Positions 51,817-64,000 of a stretch of DNA of 64,000 nucleotides are shown in pieces. The notes beneath the pieces were generated by a model that saw nothing but the letters and a program-made list of their open reading frames with translations, was not told the origin of the DNA and did no database searches. The position numbers and the translations under genes were made by a program. The stretch spans positions 124,498,001-124,562,000 of the forward strand of contig NC_086097.1 of assembly GCF_963921235.1 (NCBI RefSeq), given 5' to 3'. The DNA comes from Mobula hypostoma. Taxonomy: Eukaryota. The stretch's first letter is position 1. Each line of letters opens with the position of its first letter.

Positions 51817-54743
51817 ATCATAGAAACATAGGAACATAGAAAATAGGTGCAGGAGTAGGCCATTCGGCCCTTCGAGCCTGCACCGCCATTTATTATGATC
51901 ACGGCTGATCATCCAACTCAGAACCCCGCCCCAGCCTTCCCTCCATACCCCCTGACCCCTGTAGCCACAAGGGCCATATCTAACTCCCTCTTAAACATAG
52001 CCAATGAACTGGCCTCAACAGTTTCCTGTGGCAGAGAATTCCACAGATTCACCACTCTCTGTGTGAAGAAGTTTTTCCTAATCTCTGTCCTAAAAGGCTT
52101 CCCCTCTATCCTCAAACTGTGACCCCTTGTTCTGGACTTCCCCAACATCGGGAACAATTTTCCTGCATCTAGCCTGTCCAATCCCTTTAGGATCTTATAC
52201 GTTTCAATCAGATCCCCCCTCAATCTTCTAAATTCCAATGAGTACAAGCCCAGTTCATCCAGTCTTTCTTCATATGAAAGTCCTGCCATCCCAGGAATCA
52301 ATCTGGTGAACCTTCTTTGTACTCCCTCTATGGCAAAGATGTCTTTCCTCAGATTAGGGGACCAAAACTGCACACAATACTCCAGGTGTGGTCTCACCAA
52401 GGCCTTGTACAACTGCAGTAGTACCTCCCTGCTCCTGTACTCGAATCCTCTCGCTATAAATGCCAGCATACCATTCGCCTTTTTCACCGCCTGCTGTACC
52501 TGCATGCCCACTTTCAATGACTGGTGTATAATGACACCCAGGTCTCGTTGCACCTCCCCTTTTCCTAATCGGCCACCATTCAGATAATAATCTGTTTTCC
52601 TATTTTTGCCACCAAAGTGGATAACTTCACATTTATCCACATTAAATTGCATCTGCCATGAGTTTGCCCACTCACCCAACCTATCCAAGTCACCCTGCAT
52701 CCTCTTAGCATCCTCCTCACTGCTAACACTGCCACCCAGCTTCGTGTCATCCGCAAACTTGGAGATGCTGCATTTAATTCCCTCATCCAAGTCATTAATA
52801 TATATTGTAAACAACTGGGGTCCCAGCACTGAGCCTTGCGGTACCCCACTAGTCACCGCCTGCCATTCTGAAAAGGTCCCGTTTATTCCCACTCTTTGCT
52901 TCCTGTCTGCTAACCAATTCTCCACTCACACCAATACCTTATCCCCAATACCGTGTGCTTTAAGTTTGCACACTAATCTTCTGTGTGGGACCTTGTCAAA
53001 AGCCTTTTGAAAATCCAAATATACCGCATCCACTGGTTCTCCCCTATCCACTCTACTAGTTACATCCTCAAAAAATTCTATGAGATTCGTCAGACATGAT
53101 TTTCCTTTCACAAATCCATGCTGACTTTGTCCGATCATTTCACCGCTTTCCAAATGTGCTGTTATCACATCCTTGATAACTGACTCCAGCAGTTTCCCCA
53201 CCACCGACGTTAGGCTAACCGGTCTATAATTCCCCGGTTTCTCTCTCCCTCCTTTTTTAAAAAGTGGGGTTACATTAGCCACCCTCCAATCCTCAGGAAC
53301 TAGTCCAGAATCTAACAAGTTTTGAAAAATTATCATTAATGCATCCACTATTTCTTGGGCTACTTCCTTAAGCACTCTGGGATGCAGACCATCTGGCCCT
53401 GGGGATTTATCTGCCTTCAATCCCTTCAATTTACCTAACACCACTTCCCTACTAACATGTATTTCACTCAGTTCCTCCATCTCACTGGACCCTCTGTCCC
53501 TTACTATTTCTGGAAGATTATTTATGTCCTCCTTAGTGAAGACAGAACCAAAGTAATTATTCAATTGGTCTGCCATGTCCTTGCTCCTCATAATCAATTC
53601 ACCTGTTTCTGTCTGCAGGGGACCTACATTTGTCTTTACCAGTCTTTTCCTTTTTACATATCTATAAAAGCTTTTACAGTCCGTTTTTATGTTCCCCGCC
53701 AGTTTTCTCTCATAATCTTTTTTCCCCTTCCTAATTAAGCCCTTTGTCCTCCTCTGCTGAACTCTGAATTTCTCCCAGTCCTCAGGTGAGCCACTTTCTC
53801 TGGCTAATTTGTATGCTACTTCTTTGGAATTGATACTATCCCTAATTTCTCTTGTCAGCCACGGGTGCACTACTTTCCTTGATTTATTCTTTTGCCAAAC
53901 TGGGATGAACAATTGTTGTAGTTCATCCATGCAACCTTTAAATGCTTGCCATTGCATATCCACCGTCAATCCTTTAAGTGTCATTTGCCAGTCTATCTTA
54001 GCTAATTCACGTCTCATACCTTCAAAGTTACCCCTCTTTAAGTTCAGAACCTTTGTTTCTGAATTAACTATGTCACTCTCCATATTAATGAAGAATTCCA
54101 CCATATTATGGTCACTCTTACCCAAGGAGCCTCTCACGACAAGATCGCTAATTAACCCTTCCTCATTGCTCAAAACCCAGTCCAGAATAGCCTGCTCTCT
54201 AGTCGGTTCCTCGACATGTTGGTTCAAAAAACCATCCCGCATACATTCCAAGAAATCCTCTTCCTCAGCACCTTTACCAATTTGGTTCACCCAGTCTACA
54301 TGTAGATTGAAGTCACCCATTATAACTGCTGTTCCTTTATTGCACATGTTTCTAATTTCCTGTTTAATACCATCTCCGACCTCACTACTACTGTTAGGTG
54401 GCCTGTACACAACTCCCACCAGCGTCTTCTGCCCCTTAGTGTTACGCAGCTCTACCCATATCGATTCCACATCTTCCCGGCTTATGTCCTTCCTTTCTAT
54501 TGCGTTAATCTCTTCTTTAACCAGCAACACCACCCCACCTCCCCTTCCTTCATGTCTATCCCTCCTGAATATTGAATATCCCTGAACGTTGAGCTCCCAT
54601 CCCTGGTCACCCTGGAGCCATGTCTCTGTGATCCCAACTATATCATAATCATTAATAACAACTGCACTTTCAATTCATCCACCTTATTACGAATGCTCCT
54701 TGCATTGACACATAAAGCCTTCAGGCGCTCTTTTACAACTCTC
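51817..54743 (-). mobile_element. Young 5'-truncated CR1 LINE with nearly complete ORF2 (AP endonuclease + reverse transcriptase)
   Basis: NARSIRNK, GITETWL, SDHN endonuclease motifs; [10 protein letters not shown] and KFADD RT motifs; one TGA (52926-52928) and one 1-nt deletion (~54661); perfect 16-bp TSD tgtcagtgaccaatga at 51801-51816 and 54744-54759. Confidence 0.96.
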
Positions 54744-55589
54744 TGTCAGTGACCAATGAGTAACGCCGACTTCTCTCGATTTCTCAGCGTCCTGCGAGTC
54801 ACTAGACACGTTTGCAAAGCAGAACGAGTGGAAAGGATCGTGCATGAAGTCACTCTACTGTCACCAGAACATCTAGTTCGAGACAAGTACAAAAAACACT
54901 GGGGACACACTGAAGCAATCTTGGCAACTTGTTCCTCGGGCTGTATTTAGTGCGTCAGCCTGAGGATTAATACGACTCTGATCACATTTTAAAGTACAAA
55001 ACTGTACCTTATTGTATCAACCACTGATAATCTACCATATGAGAATCAGAAACACTAGATATTCTGCAGACGGTAGGAATCCAGAGCAACTCACGCAAGA
55101 TGCTGAAGGAACTCGGCTGGTAAGGCAGCATCTATCGAGAGGAGTAAAGCACCAACGTTTTGGGCCTAGACCCTTCCTCGGGACTGCAAAGGAAGGGAGA
55201 AGAAGTCCCCTCCCCCTTACCTGGCTTCACCTAGCACCTCCTAGTTTGTACTCTGTCTGCTCCCCACCATGTCAATCTGGCATCTCCCCTTCCTTTTCAG
55301 TCCGGATGCTGCCTGACCTGCTGTGTTCCTTCATCTGAGAGTTATCTTGGTCCTGTTATTGAGCACTTCACTCCAATGCATCTCTTTCCATATCTTCTTG
55401 GCATACACCATCCACAAAGAGATAGGTGACTGTACCTGCACCACTGCCACCTTGAGGGACTGAGGCTCTGGCTGTGCGCTAAGTAATGTCTAGTCTAAAT
55501 ATATGTTCAAAGAAATTATCGGTACCAGGTACTGCCAGGTAGCATCTCTGACACTGAAAATGTGGTAGATATTATGAACATGTGTCCTG

Positions 55590-56000
55590 AGCAATACACA
55601 GCATGTTGGAGGAACACAGCAGGTCAAGGCGCATCAGTCGACAGTTCGGTCTGAGACCCTTCATTAGGACTGGAAAGGAAGGGGGAAGAAGCCAGAATAG
55701 GAAGATGGGAGGAGGGACGGAATACAGGCTGGGAGGTGACAGGTGAAGCCAGGTGAGAGGGAAGGTTTTTGGATAGGGAAAGGAAGATTGAACTAAGAAG
55801 CTGGGAGGTAATAGGTGGAAGAAGAAGGAATCTGACAGGAGTGGAGAGTGGACCCTGGGAGACAGGGCAGGAGAAGGAGCACCAGATAGGCTGATAAGGA
55901 GAAAAGATGAGGTAAGAGGGGAGCCAGAATGGGGAATGGAAAAAGAGAGAAAGGGGAAGGGACACAAAATTAGCAGAAGTTAAAGAAATCTATGTTCACG
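55590..56000 (-). mobile_element. Penelope-like 3' fragment; related short pieces at ~2365-2465, 20005-20125, 50835-51055, 55045-55335
   Basis: Reverse complement resembles 41100-41500. Confidence 0.7.
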
Positions 56001-56584
56001 TCGGGTGAGTGGAAGAAATGCAAACTGGCAGGTGAGTGGCAAGGTGGGTATTTTTCAGATTTAATTGTTGGAGAATTTTTAAATGTAAAATATAAAAAGT
56101 TCAGTATTTTTTCCTGCTCTCCCTCATAATTCAACTTTTCTCTCTGGTTTTCCCTTTCTGCACTTGTTTTCGGGTTGAATTCGGTCGGTCTAATTGGCAT
56201 TTTCATTGCAGTGTGTCACTGCAAACTCAGCCATTGATTGGCTTGTAACCGGAGATTGTGGTGGCAGCCTGTGCATTGGCCTCCCCATGTTAAACAGGTG
56301 TCCTCCATTAAGGGAATACCTCTTTAGGAAACCATCGTACTTGACTCGAGTGATGGCCATTAGATGGCACCAAATACATCTGAATTGCAAAGACTTCTCT
56401 AACTTCCAGTAAATGAGCAAAAAATGTACAGATTCTGGAACAGACAAGGTGAATGCGAAGATGCTATCTCACCTGCTGGGATATCTAGAGTTATGTGGCA
56501 TAGTTTCAGAATAACATGTTGCCAATTTCCTTATAGGTATGTACATGTAAATGTATCTGGTGAAAAATGTATATGAGTCGGTAC

Positions 56585-56810
56585 ACTACCATAGTGGTTA
56601 GCATGATGCTTCACTGTGCCAGCGACCTGGGTTCAATTCCCGCTGCTGTGACTGTGTGGATTTCTTCCAGTTGCTTCAGTTTCCTCCCACGTTCCAAAGA
56701 CGTACGGATCAGTAGGTTAATTAGTCACTTAGGTTAATTAGTCACGTGGGTGTAATTGGGTGGCTCAGTCTCATTGAACCAGAAGGGCCTGTTATCTGTA
56801 AATTTAAAAA
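56585..56810 (+). mobile_element. V-SINE/HE1-like SINE; other degenerate copies at ~33445-33640, 43320-43545 (minus), 61160-61400
   Basis: tagtggttagc...gggttcaattccc tRNA boxes and tttcctcccacgttccaaagac core. Confidence 0.7.
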
Positions 56811-58017
56811 TAAGTTGATCTTTGATCCCTGATTTCTGATGTCGAGCGGAGTGAATTTCTTCCCTGATGAGGTCAGACACCTTTCTGATTCTCCTCACTA
56901 GATGGCTGTGGGTGCAGAATCTTTGAATATATTGAAGGCAGTGACTGTGACAGACATTTACATGATTGGAACTCCAGGGGAATGGGAAAAGGGTACTTTT
57001 GGGGTCACGGTAAGCTAAACCATGATTTTATTAAATAGCAAAGCAGGGCTTGAGAGGCTAATTGGCCTTCTCTTCTTCTCTTGCTCCTGTTTGTATTGTT
57101 CCCTTTCTGACTCCATCACAAAATAGTATATGGTGACATAAACGTGCTGTTCAGCAACTCAAACAAACCAGTGTCGCTGCTGCTGTTCCGGGGTTGAGTG
57201 AAGAGCCAATGTGATGGCATCTGTAGGAGTGGATCCAAGTCACCTCTCAGGATCTCGTTTAGTCAGGGTGTCAAAGGGGAGAAAGCAGGAGAATGTGTTT
57301 GAGAGGGATAATGAATCAGCAATGATCGAATGCCAGAGCAGACACAATGGGCAGAATGGCCTAACTTTGCTCTCATTTCTTATGGTCCAATGTGTTGAAG
57401 GACCTGTTTCTGTAATATCTGATTCTACTAATTACACTTTTGAGCGGAGGGTAAACCAGCAGAATGCAAATATCGAATACAGTCTCCAGTCCTGTTAGGT
57501 TTTAATTCAACTAAAATCCATGCAAACAATTCATTTCATGTCAACACTTGTGGACAATTTCTTTCCCTTTGTCAGTCTGATGGCTATACCCAATTGCAAC
57601 TCCTTGGATGCATGTCAATATTTCTAATCCTGATTACTCAGTGACCTGTTAAAAAGTTTACGCATGGGTGTGGATGCAGAATGAAACCAGAACAAATTTA
57701 AGGTGATTAGACAATAAGACATAGAAGCAGAATTAGGCCATTGAGCCCATCAAATGTGCTCCACCATTCCATCATGGCTGATTTATAAGACAATAGGACC
57801 ATAAGACATGAGAGCCAATTAGGCCATTTGGCCTGTTGAATCTGCTCTGCCATTCCATCACGGCTGATTTATTATCCCTCCTAACCACATTCTCCTGTCT
57901 TCTTCCCATAACCTTTGACACCCCTTCTAATCAAGAACCTATCAACCTGTGCTTTAAATATACCCACTGACTTGGCCGCCTGTAGCAATGAATTCCACAA
58001 ATTCACCACCCTTTCAC

Positions 58018-58614
58018 TAAAGTACATTTATTATCAAGGAATGTTTAAATTATACAGCCTTGAGATTTGTCTGCTTACAGGCAACCACAAAGCAAATCCG
58101 AGAGCCCAGTTTTTAAAAAAGGTGCACAGAAAAAGAGAAAAGAAACACAAATCAGCCTCCAGTCCCAACACCTTGCCTTTCCAGTCTATCTGGCCAGTGT
58201 TTAAATTGTCCAAACAGCGTATCATACCTTGCATTAGGACCTGGGCCCTGCCTCAGCGAAATCTCCAGGCCTAGACTATGTCATCCAGCCTGAAGCCGTT
58301 CTTGACCTCTCCAGATCAGCTCGGCGCTTAGAATAGTCCAACCTTATACCCGGTGTAGTTGGACGGACATTGAAACTCCTCTGCCTCTCCGAATCGCTCA
58401 CTCCAACTCCATCTGCTTCATTTTTGCAACACAGCAGCACAGCCCATCCCTTGAATCCACATGACCTTTGCTCGGCTATTCATTCATTGCGGTGATAGTT
58501 TACCACAATTTACTTCAGAAAAGGTGTTATTAATAATGTTTAATTGAATTTCTTGCCATTCAAACTACCAGTAAGCTCTTGGTTGCCTTCAGTAGCGCCA
58601 TCTTAAACCAGAAG
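58018..58614 (-). mobile_element. Non-coding short retroposon-like element (5' CTGGTTTAAGATGGCG, LINE-type tail), next to CR1 3' ends at ~57710-58018
   Basis: Left end aaagtacatttattatcaa is the reverse complement of a Rex1-like tail; right end cgccatcttaaaccagaag. Confidence 0.55.
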
Positions 58615-58789
58615 ATCATGGTGATCATGGTCACTATGGCACCAACCCCATATCTCTCTATTTCCTTGATATCCAAAAATTTATAGTTCTGTTGTCCTAC
58701 AAATAACCTGTGGTCAGAGACCAGAACAGAAAGTCACTGGCTTTAAAAAGCGTGGTATTTTAATTTAAAATTGTATATAATTCCATAAA

Positions 58790-60880
58790 AAGGATGATGG
58801 CAGAACAATAATGGCTGGAATTTCTGGAAGCTATTCAGAAGGCACAGGATATATACATCCCAAAGAGGACGATGACACAACCATGGCCAACAAGAGAAGT
58901 CAAAGCCAACATAAAGGCCAAAGAGAGGGCATATATGGAGCAAAATTAGTTGGAAGTTAGAGGATTGGGAGGCTTTTGAAAACCAACAGAAGTCAACTAA
59001 GAAAGTCATTAAGAAGGTAATGATGGAATACGAAAGTAAGCTAGCCAATAATATCAAAGAGGATTCCAAAAGGTTCTTCAGATACATGAAGTGTTAAAGA
59101 GAGGCGAGAGTGGATATCGGACCACTGGAAAATCATACTGGAGAGGTAGTAATGAGGAACAAGGAAATGGTGGATGAACTGAATAAGTATTTTGCATCAG
59201 TCTTCTCGGTGGAAGGCACTAGCAGTATGGTGGGAGATCCAGGTGTCTGTGTGTGCAGTTATCATTACTAGAGAGAAAGTTCTTGGGAAACTGAAAGATC
59301 TGAAGGTAGATAAATCACCTGGACCAGATGGTGTACACTCCAGGGTTCTGAAAGAGATGGATGAAGAGATTGTGGAGGCATTAGTAATTATCTTTCAAGA
59401 ATTATTAGATTCTAGAACAGTTCCAGAAAACTGGAGAATTGAAAATGTCACTCCACTCTTCAAGAAGGGAGAGAGGCAGAAGAAGGGAAACTATAGGTCA
59501 GATAATCTGACCTCAGTGGTTGGGAAGATGTTGGAATCGATTATCAAGGATGAGGTCTCAGAGTACTTGGAGGCACATGATAAAATAGGTTGTAGTCAGC
59601 ATGGTTTCCTCAAGGGAAAATCTTGCCTGACAAATCTGTTGGAATTCTTTGAAGAAATAACAAGCAGGACAGACAAAGGAGAATTGGCTGATGTTGTGCA
59701 TTTGGATTTTCAGAAGGCCTTTGATAAGGTGCCACACTTGAGGCTGCATAACAAACTATGAGCCCATGGCATTACAGGAAAGACTCTAGCATGGATAAAA
59801 CTGGCTAGAATGGAGGGAAAGAGTGGGAATAAAGGGACCCTTTTCTAGTTGGTAGCTGGTGATTAGTGGTGTTCCACAGGGGTCTGTATTGGGACCAATT
59901 CTTTTTACATTGTATATCAATGATTTGGATGATGGTATTGATGGCTTTGTTGCAAAGTTTGCAGATGACATGAAGATAAGTGGAGGGGCAAGTAGTTTTG
60001 AGGAAGTAGAGAGGCTACAGAATGACAGACAGATTAGGAGAATAGGCAAAGAAATGGCAGATGGAATACAGTGTCAGGAAGTGTACGGTCAGGTACTTTG
60101 GTAGAAGAAACGATGGGGTTAACTATTTCCTAAATGGAGAGAAAATACAATAAACAGAGGTGCAAGGGGACTTAGGAGTCCTTGTGCAGGATTCCCTAAA
60201 GGTTAATTTGCAGGTTGATTTGGTGGTGAGAAAGGCAAATGCAATGTTTGCATTTATTTCAAGAGGATTAGAATATTAAAGTAAGGATGTAATGTTGAGA
60301 TTTTATAAAGCACTGGCGAGGCCTCACTTGGAGTATTGTGAGCAGTTTTGGGCACCTTATCTTAGAAAGGATGTGCTGAAACTAGAGAGGGTTCAAAGAA
60401 GGTTCAAAAAATGATTCCAGAATTGAATGGCTTGTGATATGAAGAGTGATGGCTCTGGGGCTGTATTCACTGGAACTCAGAAGAATGAGGCATGACCTCG
60501 TTGAAGCCTATTAAATAGTGAAAGGCCTTGATAGGGTAGATGTGGAGAAGATGTTTCCTATGGTGGGAGAGTGTGAGACCAGAGGACACAGCCTCAGAAT
60601 AGAAGGGCGTCCTTTTAGAAGCGAGATGAGGAGGAATTTCTTTAGCCAGAGAGTGGTGAATCAGTGGAATTTGTTGTCACAGGCAGCTGTGGGGGCCGTC
60701 TTTGTGTATATTTAAGGCAGAGGTTAATAGATTATTGATTGGTTAGGGCATGAAGAGATACAGGGAGAAGGCAGGAGATTGGGGCTGAGAGGAAAATTGG
60801 ATCAGCCATGATGAACTGGCAGAGCAGACTCGATGGGCCAAAAGGTCTAATTCTGCTCCTATATCTTATAGTCTTATGGA
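58790..60880 (+). mobile_element. Degenerate CR1 LINE (ORF2 middle to 3' end)
   Basis: [35 protein letters not shown]; many stops and frameshifts. Confidence 0.93.
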
Positions 60881-61674
60881 ATGGTGGTGGAGAGAAAGGT
60901 GTGTTCTGATGTGGCTTCCATCAATGACACCCATCATAAACTGGGGGACCACTTTATTGAGTACATGGACCAACCCGATAGGAATTGACTGACTCAGCTG
61001 TAACATTTTGTGAAAGCACTGGGTATGAGAAACAAAGCTCTAGTCATTTGAGTGTAAATTTAATATAAGCAGTTTATTTGATAATAGGATATACAAGCTG
61101 AAATAAACTTTTCTAGTGCATAACTATGGTTGATATTCCATCAGGCCATACAGTGGTACTACTTGAGATGTGCACCAGGTCCAGTCCTGAACTCTGATGT
61201 CTATACACGCTTGCGTGTTCTTCCTATGACTGAGTGGGTCTCCTCCCAGGTCCCATTCTAAAGGTTAAATATTGGCTGTAAATTGCCTTTTGGTAGGTGA
61301 TAGATTTGGGAGGTGTAGGAAAGATGAGAAAGTAGGGATAAAAATGAAGCTCACGTGCAACCTGGGTAAACTGATGGTCCCATTTCCATACTGTACATCA
61401 CTACAACTGCATTACTGTTCCACCAATATTCACAAATAAATAAATCCACGTTCATCAATTCCACTCCCCTCTTACATCTTTTCCAGGTACTCAACAGCAG
61501 CACCTATTATTGACCCAATCTTTTATCTTCTGGAACCTACTATACAGGATATACAGTACCTCTTGAAGACTGCATGAATGTTACGTCCTTTTATTTTCAT
61601 CTTAACTTAATGGGAGTGATTTCACTTATTTTCCTAATAAAAGAAGCAATTCTTGAATGAGCTTGGAGAACTTT

Positions 61675-62190
61675 GATTGCATCACAGCCTGGAATGGTAA
61701 CATAAATGCCCAAAAACGAAAAAGCCTACGAAAGTGGTGGACACAGCCCATCCATCACAGGAAAAGTCCTCCCTACCATTGAGGGCATCATCTGCAAGGA
61801 ATGCTGCACAAGAAAGTAGCACCCATCATTGAGGATCCCCACCAACCACACTGCACTTTATTCTCTTTGTTGCTATCAGGAAAAAGGTACAGGAGCCTTG
61901 GGTCTCACACCATCAAGTTAAGGAACAGTTATTACCCTTCAGGCTTCAGGCTCCTGAACCAGCATGAATAACTTCATGCTTCTCAACTCTGAAATGATTC
62001 CACAACCCAGGGACTCATTTTCAAGGATTCTACATCTCATGTTCTCAGTCTATTTACTTAGGGGTTTTTTTGTATTTGCAGTTTGTCGTCTTTTGCACAT
62101 TGGTTGTTTGTTAGTCTTTGTGTGTACCGTTCCATTGATTCTATCGTATCCTGTTATTCTACTATGAATGCCTGCAAGAAAATGAATTTC
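61675..62190 (+). mobile_element. Rex1/Babar-like LINE 3' fragment
   Basis: Collinear with 1010-1380 (atcacagcctgg...aggaacagttattaccct...). Confidence 0.75.
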
Positions 62191-62499
62191 GGGAGAGATC
62201 TACTTCAACATCCCAAGGTGGAAACTGATAGATCCTGGAAATTTGCCCATAACCTCAGTTCAAGGAAAAAACTAAAAGATTCCAATCTAGTTCATCCCAA
62301 TCCAAATTTACATCTCTGGAATCTACCAACAGTAATTAAGCCTACCAGACTGAAAAAGCTGTAATTCAGGATGGCCAGTTATATTAGTGATCTATGCCGT
62401 TCACTGAGAGCCAGATCAATTTGTTGTTTTTAAACCTTTTGCTTCCTAATTTCCTACCAGTTTTGGTATGCATTTGCAAGGTTTTAGGCAAAGTAACCA

Positions 62500-63250
62500 T
62501 TATTCCTTGGAATGTGGGAGAAGGACAGGAGACCTTATTTTATACACGTCTAGAAGGCATAGAAAAGGCAGAAGTTACCAATCTTTTCCCCAAGGTAGAG
62601 GAGACCAAAACAAGGAGGATAGATTTAGGGAAGATTTAAAAAGGATCTGAAGGACAATTTTTTTCCACGCAGAGCAAGGTGAGTAAATGGAATGTGCTGC
62701 CAGGAAAAGTGTTTGAGACAGAAGCACTTGTTTTGGTGCAGTATATAGAGGGGCAAGGCTTGGAGGGATAAGGCTGAACCCCGGCCACTAGCACCAGCTG
62801 AGTGAGTATGGACATGCAGACCAAAGAGCTGCATCCATGCTCATCTATGACTCTGGATTTGCAGTAACTGGAGATAATTTAATTTTCCAACCTTACTTCT
62901 TGTTAAAATAGAACTGGAATGCCAGGGCCTAAGTAGCAGGTAAAATCACTAGAGTTGACATACAGACCATAATTTTAAGGTATTTGCAGCAAAGTACGGG
63001 GTGGGGGGGGGGCCGGGTCATCAGAGGATTTTTTTTTAAAAAAGAGTCGCATTTGGAATGTCCTTTAGGGTAGCAGTAGAGGCAGATACATTAGGGAGTA
63101 TTTAGGATCTCTTAGAAAGCACACAGATGATAGAAAAATGGAGGGTTATGTTAGGAAAGGATTAGGTTGATCTTAAGAGTTAAAATGTTTGCACAACGTT
63201 ATGGGCTGAGGGGCTTATACTGTGCTGAAATGTACCATGTTTCATGTTTA
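62500..63250 (+). mobile_element. Two old CR1 3' fragments
   Basis: Similar to the CR1 3' ends at ~2950-3260 and elsewhere. Confidence 0.6.
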
Positions 63251-63461
63251 ATCATGCTCTTCTATGCCTTGATGAGTAAGTGCTCATCTGGACACATAAT
63301 CCTATAAAAGGAACTCTACATCGACCACCAAGGCAATGTACTCCAGGTTCTCACTAGAGTGAAAAGCCCCAATCCCCTAACATTGCCCCTAGTTTTTTCT
63401 ATGTCTATTAAGAGAAAATTTTTCCTGCAGTCTAGCCTATCTATTTAGAAACTTAAGAATA

Positions 63462-63729
63462 ACAACTAAAAGCATCCTCAGATTGAATCCAAAGTAGTTC
63501 TAAAAGTACAGATTTACCTTATTAGAGATGGAGCATCTTACTTTGAAGAATGTTTGCAAATAAATCCCTTCCACCCCTCTCCGCTATCTATTTGGATATT
63601 TCATGATGACAACTAAAAGCATACACAGATTAAATCCAAAGTGGTTCTAAAAGTGCAGATTTATCCAACTTGAGATGGAACATTTTACTTTGAAGAACGT
63701 TTGCAAATAAATTGCTTCCATCCCTCTCC
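63462..63729. repeat. Diverged local duplication, two ~120-bp copies ~147 bp apart
   Basis: acaactaaaagcat...aatccaaagt.gttctaaaagt.cagattta...actttgaagaa.gtttgcaaataaat occurs twice. Confidence 0.85.
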
Positions 63730-64000
63730 AGTATAGAACAGTCTTTTATTCTGAAGACTTGAAATAGTTTGTGACCCATGAGCAGAGAATACAGAGCACC
63801 AAGTCATTATTCAGCATCTTTATTAAGGCAAGCATGCTATAATCCAAATATTCAGTTTCAGTTTTTAATGCTTAACCATCAAAAACATGGTCAACTAAAC
63901 ATAGTGTGGATCTGCTGAACATATCCACACTAATGGGTTACAAAACTTTAAAGAAATGAATGCATCAAATGTTTTAATGTATCAAACGTTTTTGTGCATA

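Noticed and set aside
53809..54585. 258-aa plus-strand ORF and similar antisense ORFs
   Set aside because: Shadow frames of CR1 ORF2 on the opposite strand

Overview
Repeat-dense vertebrate genomic DNA. The repeat families (CR1 LINEs with (TTCTATG)n-type tails, V-SINE/HE1-like SINEs, Penelope-derived hairpins) suggest a cartilaginous fish, probably a ray; this is inference. The one host gene I can support is the 5' half of a sorting nexin 31 (SNX31-like) gene on the minus strand. Five coding exons (47750-47691, 47587-47513, 22251-22134, 10986-10922, 5772-5662) have canonical GT-AG borders and splice in one open frame, encoding the PX domain and the start of the FERM-like domain. The gene continues beyond the left edge. 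Its introns and upstream flank hold many degenerate CR1 and Rex1/Babar LINE pieces, a young almost intact CR1 ORF2 with a 16-bp TSD, a decayed Gypsy LTR element, hAT, Chapaev3-like, Tigger-like and Tc1-like DNA transposon remnants, a Penelope fragment, SINEs, an RPS21 processed pseudogene, 42-bp and 41-bp minisatellites and a 1.7-kb GA-rich tract. I found no convincing new biological system. The best leads are a possible N-terminally extended SNX31, a class of short non-coding retroposons with a YY1-like 5' motif and a LINE-type tail, and the higher-order structure and junction origin of the 41-bp array. Repeat boundaries are approximate unless a TSD or TIR is quoted.
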